In this document: positions 62,421 to 64,000 of the stretch, in pieces
How positions within the stretch are numbered: position 1 is the stretch's first letter
How the letters are laid out: every line of letters starts with the position of its first letter
NCBI GenBank assembly: GCA_965649765.1
Contig: OZ287750.1
Span: 69,130,001-69,194,000, forward strand
Length of the DNA: 64,000 nucleotides
From: Bispira polyomma
Lineage: Eukaryota
Reading direction: 5' to 3'
Notes under the pieces: generated by a model
What the model was told of the DNA's origin: nothing
The model's database searches: none
What the model saw: only the letters and a program-made list of their open reading frames with translations
Translations under genes and position numbers: made by a program

Positions 62421-64000
62421 ATATGAATAAACAAACAATTATTACCAAACTCCTGGTGTTTGTCTTAAAGTGTACATCTTAACGTCTCTATTTGGTCATC
62501 AAGCAATTATGTACACTGAACTATTTTACTGTAGGTAAAATGCATTCATGGAGAGAGCATAATATTGGTAAAATAGTTATTCAGATTTATGACCCTTTTA
62601 TAGGCTTTGACACATCCACAGAGACAAAGCATAAGTGGCTCATCCTTTCTGTATACCTAGGTCAAGACATTTTATGTTCATGTGATGACATTTGTTAAGC
62701 ATTTACTTCACTCGTGTAACCTACCTGTATATATATATTTATATTAACTTGTAAAAAATAATTCTCACACAAATTTTTTTTTACTGTCTCAAAACTGCAA
62801 CTCCTTACCTTAAATACTTGACCTCAAGACTGCACCGTATATACGTAACAAAGTGGATAACTAAATAAACCTATAAACCTATAGACCTTCAATGCCCACA
62901 GGTCATAGGGTGACTTTCTATCTTACACTACAACCACTGTGAGTTAATTAAACTAATAAACAGTTCTTTTTAACAGCAATAAAATAATGACGCAGTATTG
63001 GTTTCTGTTGATTTGTACAACTCTCAGAAGTGAATAAGGAGACCTTTTGAGCAGTCCATGAATGTGTCTTCTTCTTTGTCTTCTTATTGCAGAGGTAGAG
63101 GGGTAATGGCCATTAATCGTCAATGGCAGATAGTTTATGGTGGCATTATCTGGGCGTTGGGGGCCAATAAAGATTTCATCTCGCTTAATTGAACTTTTTA
63201 CACAGGTGAAAGGGATGCCTTCTTCACAAGTCCACAAGGCACATATAAATCCTTCTGAAAGCAGATTTAATTAAAGACACTTGTGAAACATATATAAATG
63301 ACCAACTAAACTATTTTAGGTCTACTTTTTCAAAAAAATTACAGGATAAACGTTTTTAGGTAGGTGTTATTGGTAGACATTTTGTGATTAGAGGTAGCTA
63401 ATGGAATTCAAGTTCAGTTTATGTGTTTTTGTATTTTTGGTTTGTTTGTTTTTCAAATGTTATTAACTTATTTTAGTTAAACTTTGTGATGGGATATAAC
63501 TGAGCATTAATTTCTGTGACACACAGTAGGAAATATGTAGTATTTTTAGGTGATATATATATATTTACATCGGGCCTAATGAATGTTTTAAGCTCTTGCA
63601 TAGCTTGTTTTGTGAAAATATGTTATACCTAAAATTATTTATTTCATTTTGTCGACAAATAAAATAAACTTTGTATGTGGTAAAAAATTGATAACAATTA
63701 TATTGTGATTTTGTATGAGGAAAAATGTACAATGTCATTTATTTAATGTTGCGTTGACCATTTAGCAAATATGATAAGTACTTGACAAAGTACTTGACAA
63801 AAATGTGCATTTTCTAATAGAATAGCAAGCTGCATGTAGTTTTGATGCTGATAGGATCAGTCTTGTTCCTTTTAATAAATAGAAAATTATAATATTACTT
63901 TTGTGTAAGCTTAAATATAACCGATTGTACAAAAACATAGGCAAGTTGGGTTTAAAAGACATGCAAAGTTTGGTTTCAATTGTTATTCCGGGCTCAAATT

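Noticed and set aside
62953-63260. Minus-strand 94-aa ORF as a host terminal exon
   Set aside because: No recognisable domain or partner exon. Cannot be supported without expression data.

Overview
AT-rich animal (invertebrate-like) genomic DNA: introns, tRNA-derived SINEs, satellites and many transposons, and no prokaryotic features. The host genes form a tandem cluster of iodothyronine deiodinase-like selenoprotein genes on the + strand. Two have intact main coding exons (13210-13953, 22794-23537), each with an in-frame TGA (Sec) that splits the ORF track and with 3'UTR SECIS elements (two for the first gene). A decayed third copy lies between them (18489-19198). From ~25.0 to 46.3 kb there is a four-element LINE nest inside a 30-bp satellite: an RTE-X-like LINE (A) contains an L1/Tx1-type LINE (B, 15-bp TSD), which in turn contains a second L1/Tx1-type LINE (C, 8-bp TSD) and an L2-type LINE with a 2A-like motif (D). 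Two observations stand out. (1) Both divergent L1/Tx1 elements encode an ORF1p with a C-terminal NADAR (YbiA-like) domain, a possible counter-defence against ADP-ribosylation. (2) Four RNA segments have an HDV-ribozyme-like double-pseudoknot topology with atypical loops, one of them in the ORF1-ORF2 spacer of element B. PIF/Harbinger remnants and two DIRS-like tyrosine-recombinase retroelements fill the rest. All calls were made by eye, with no database search.
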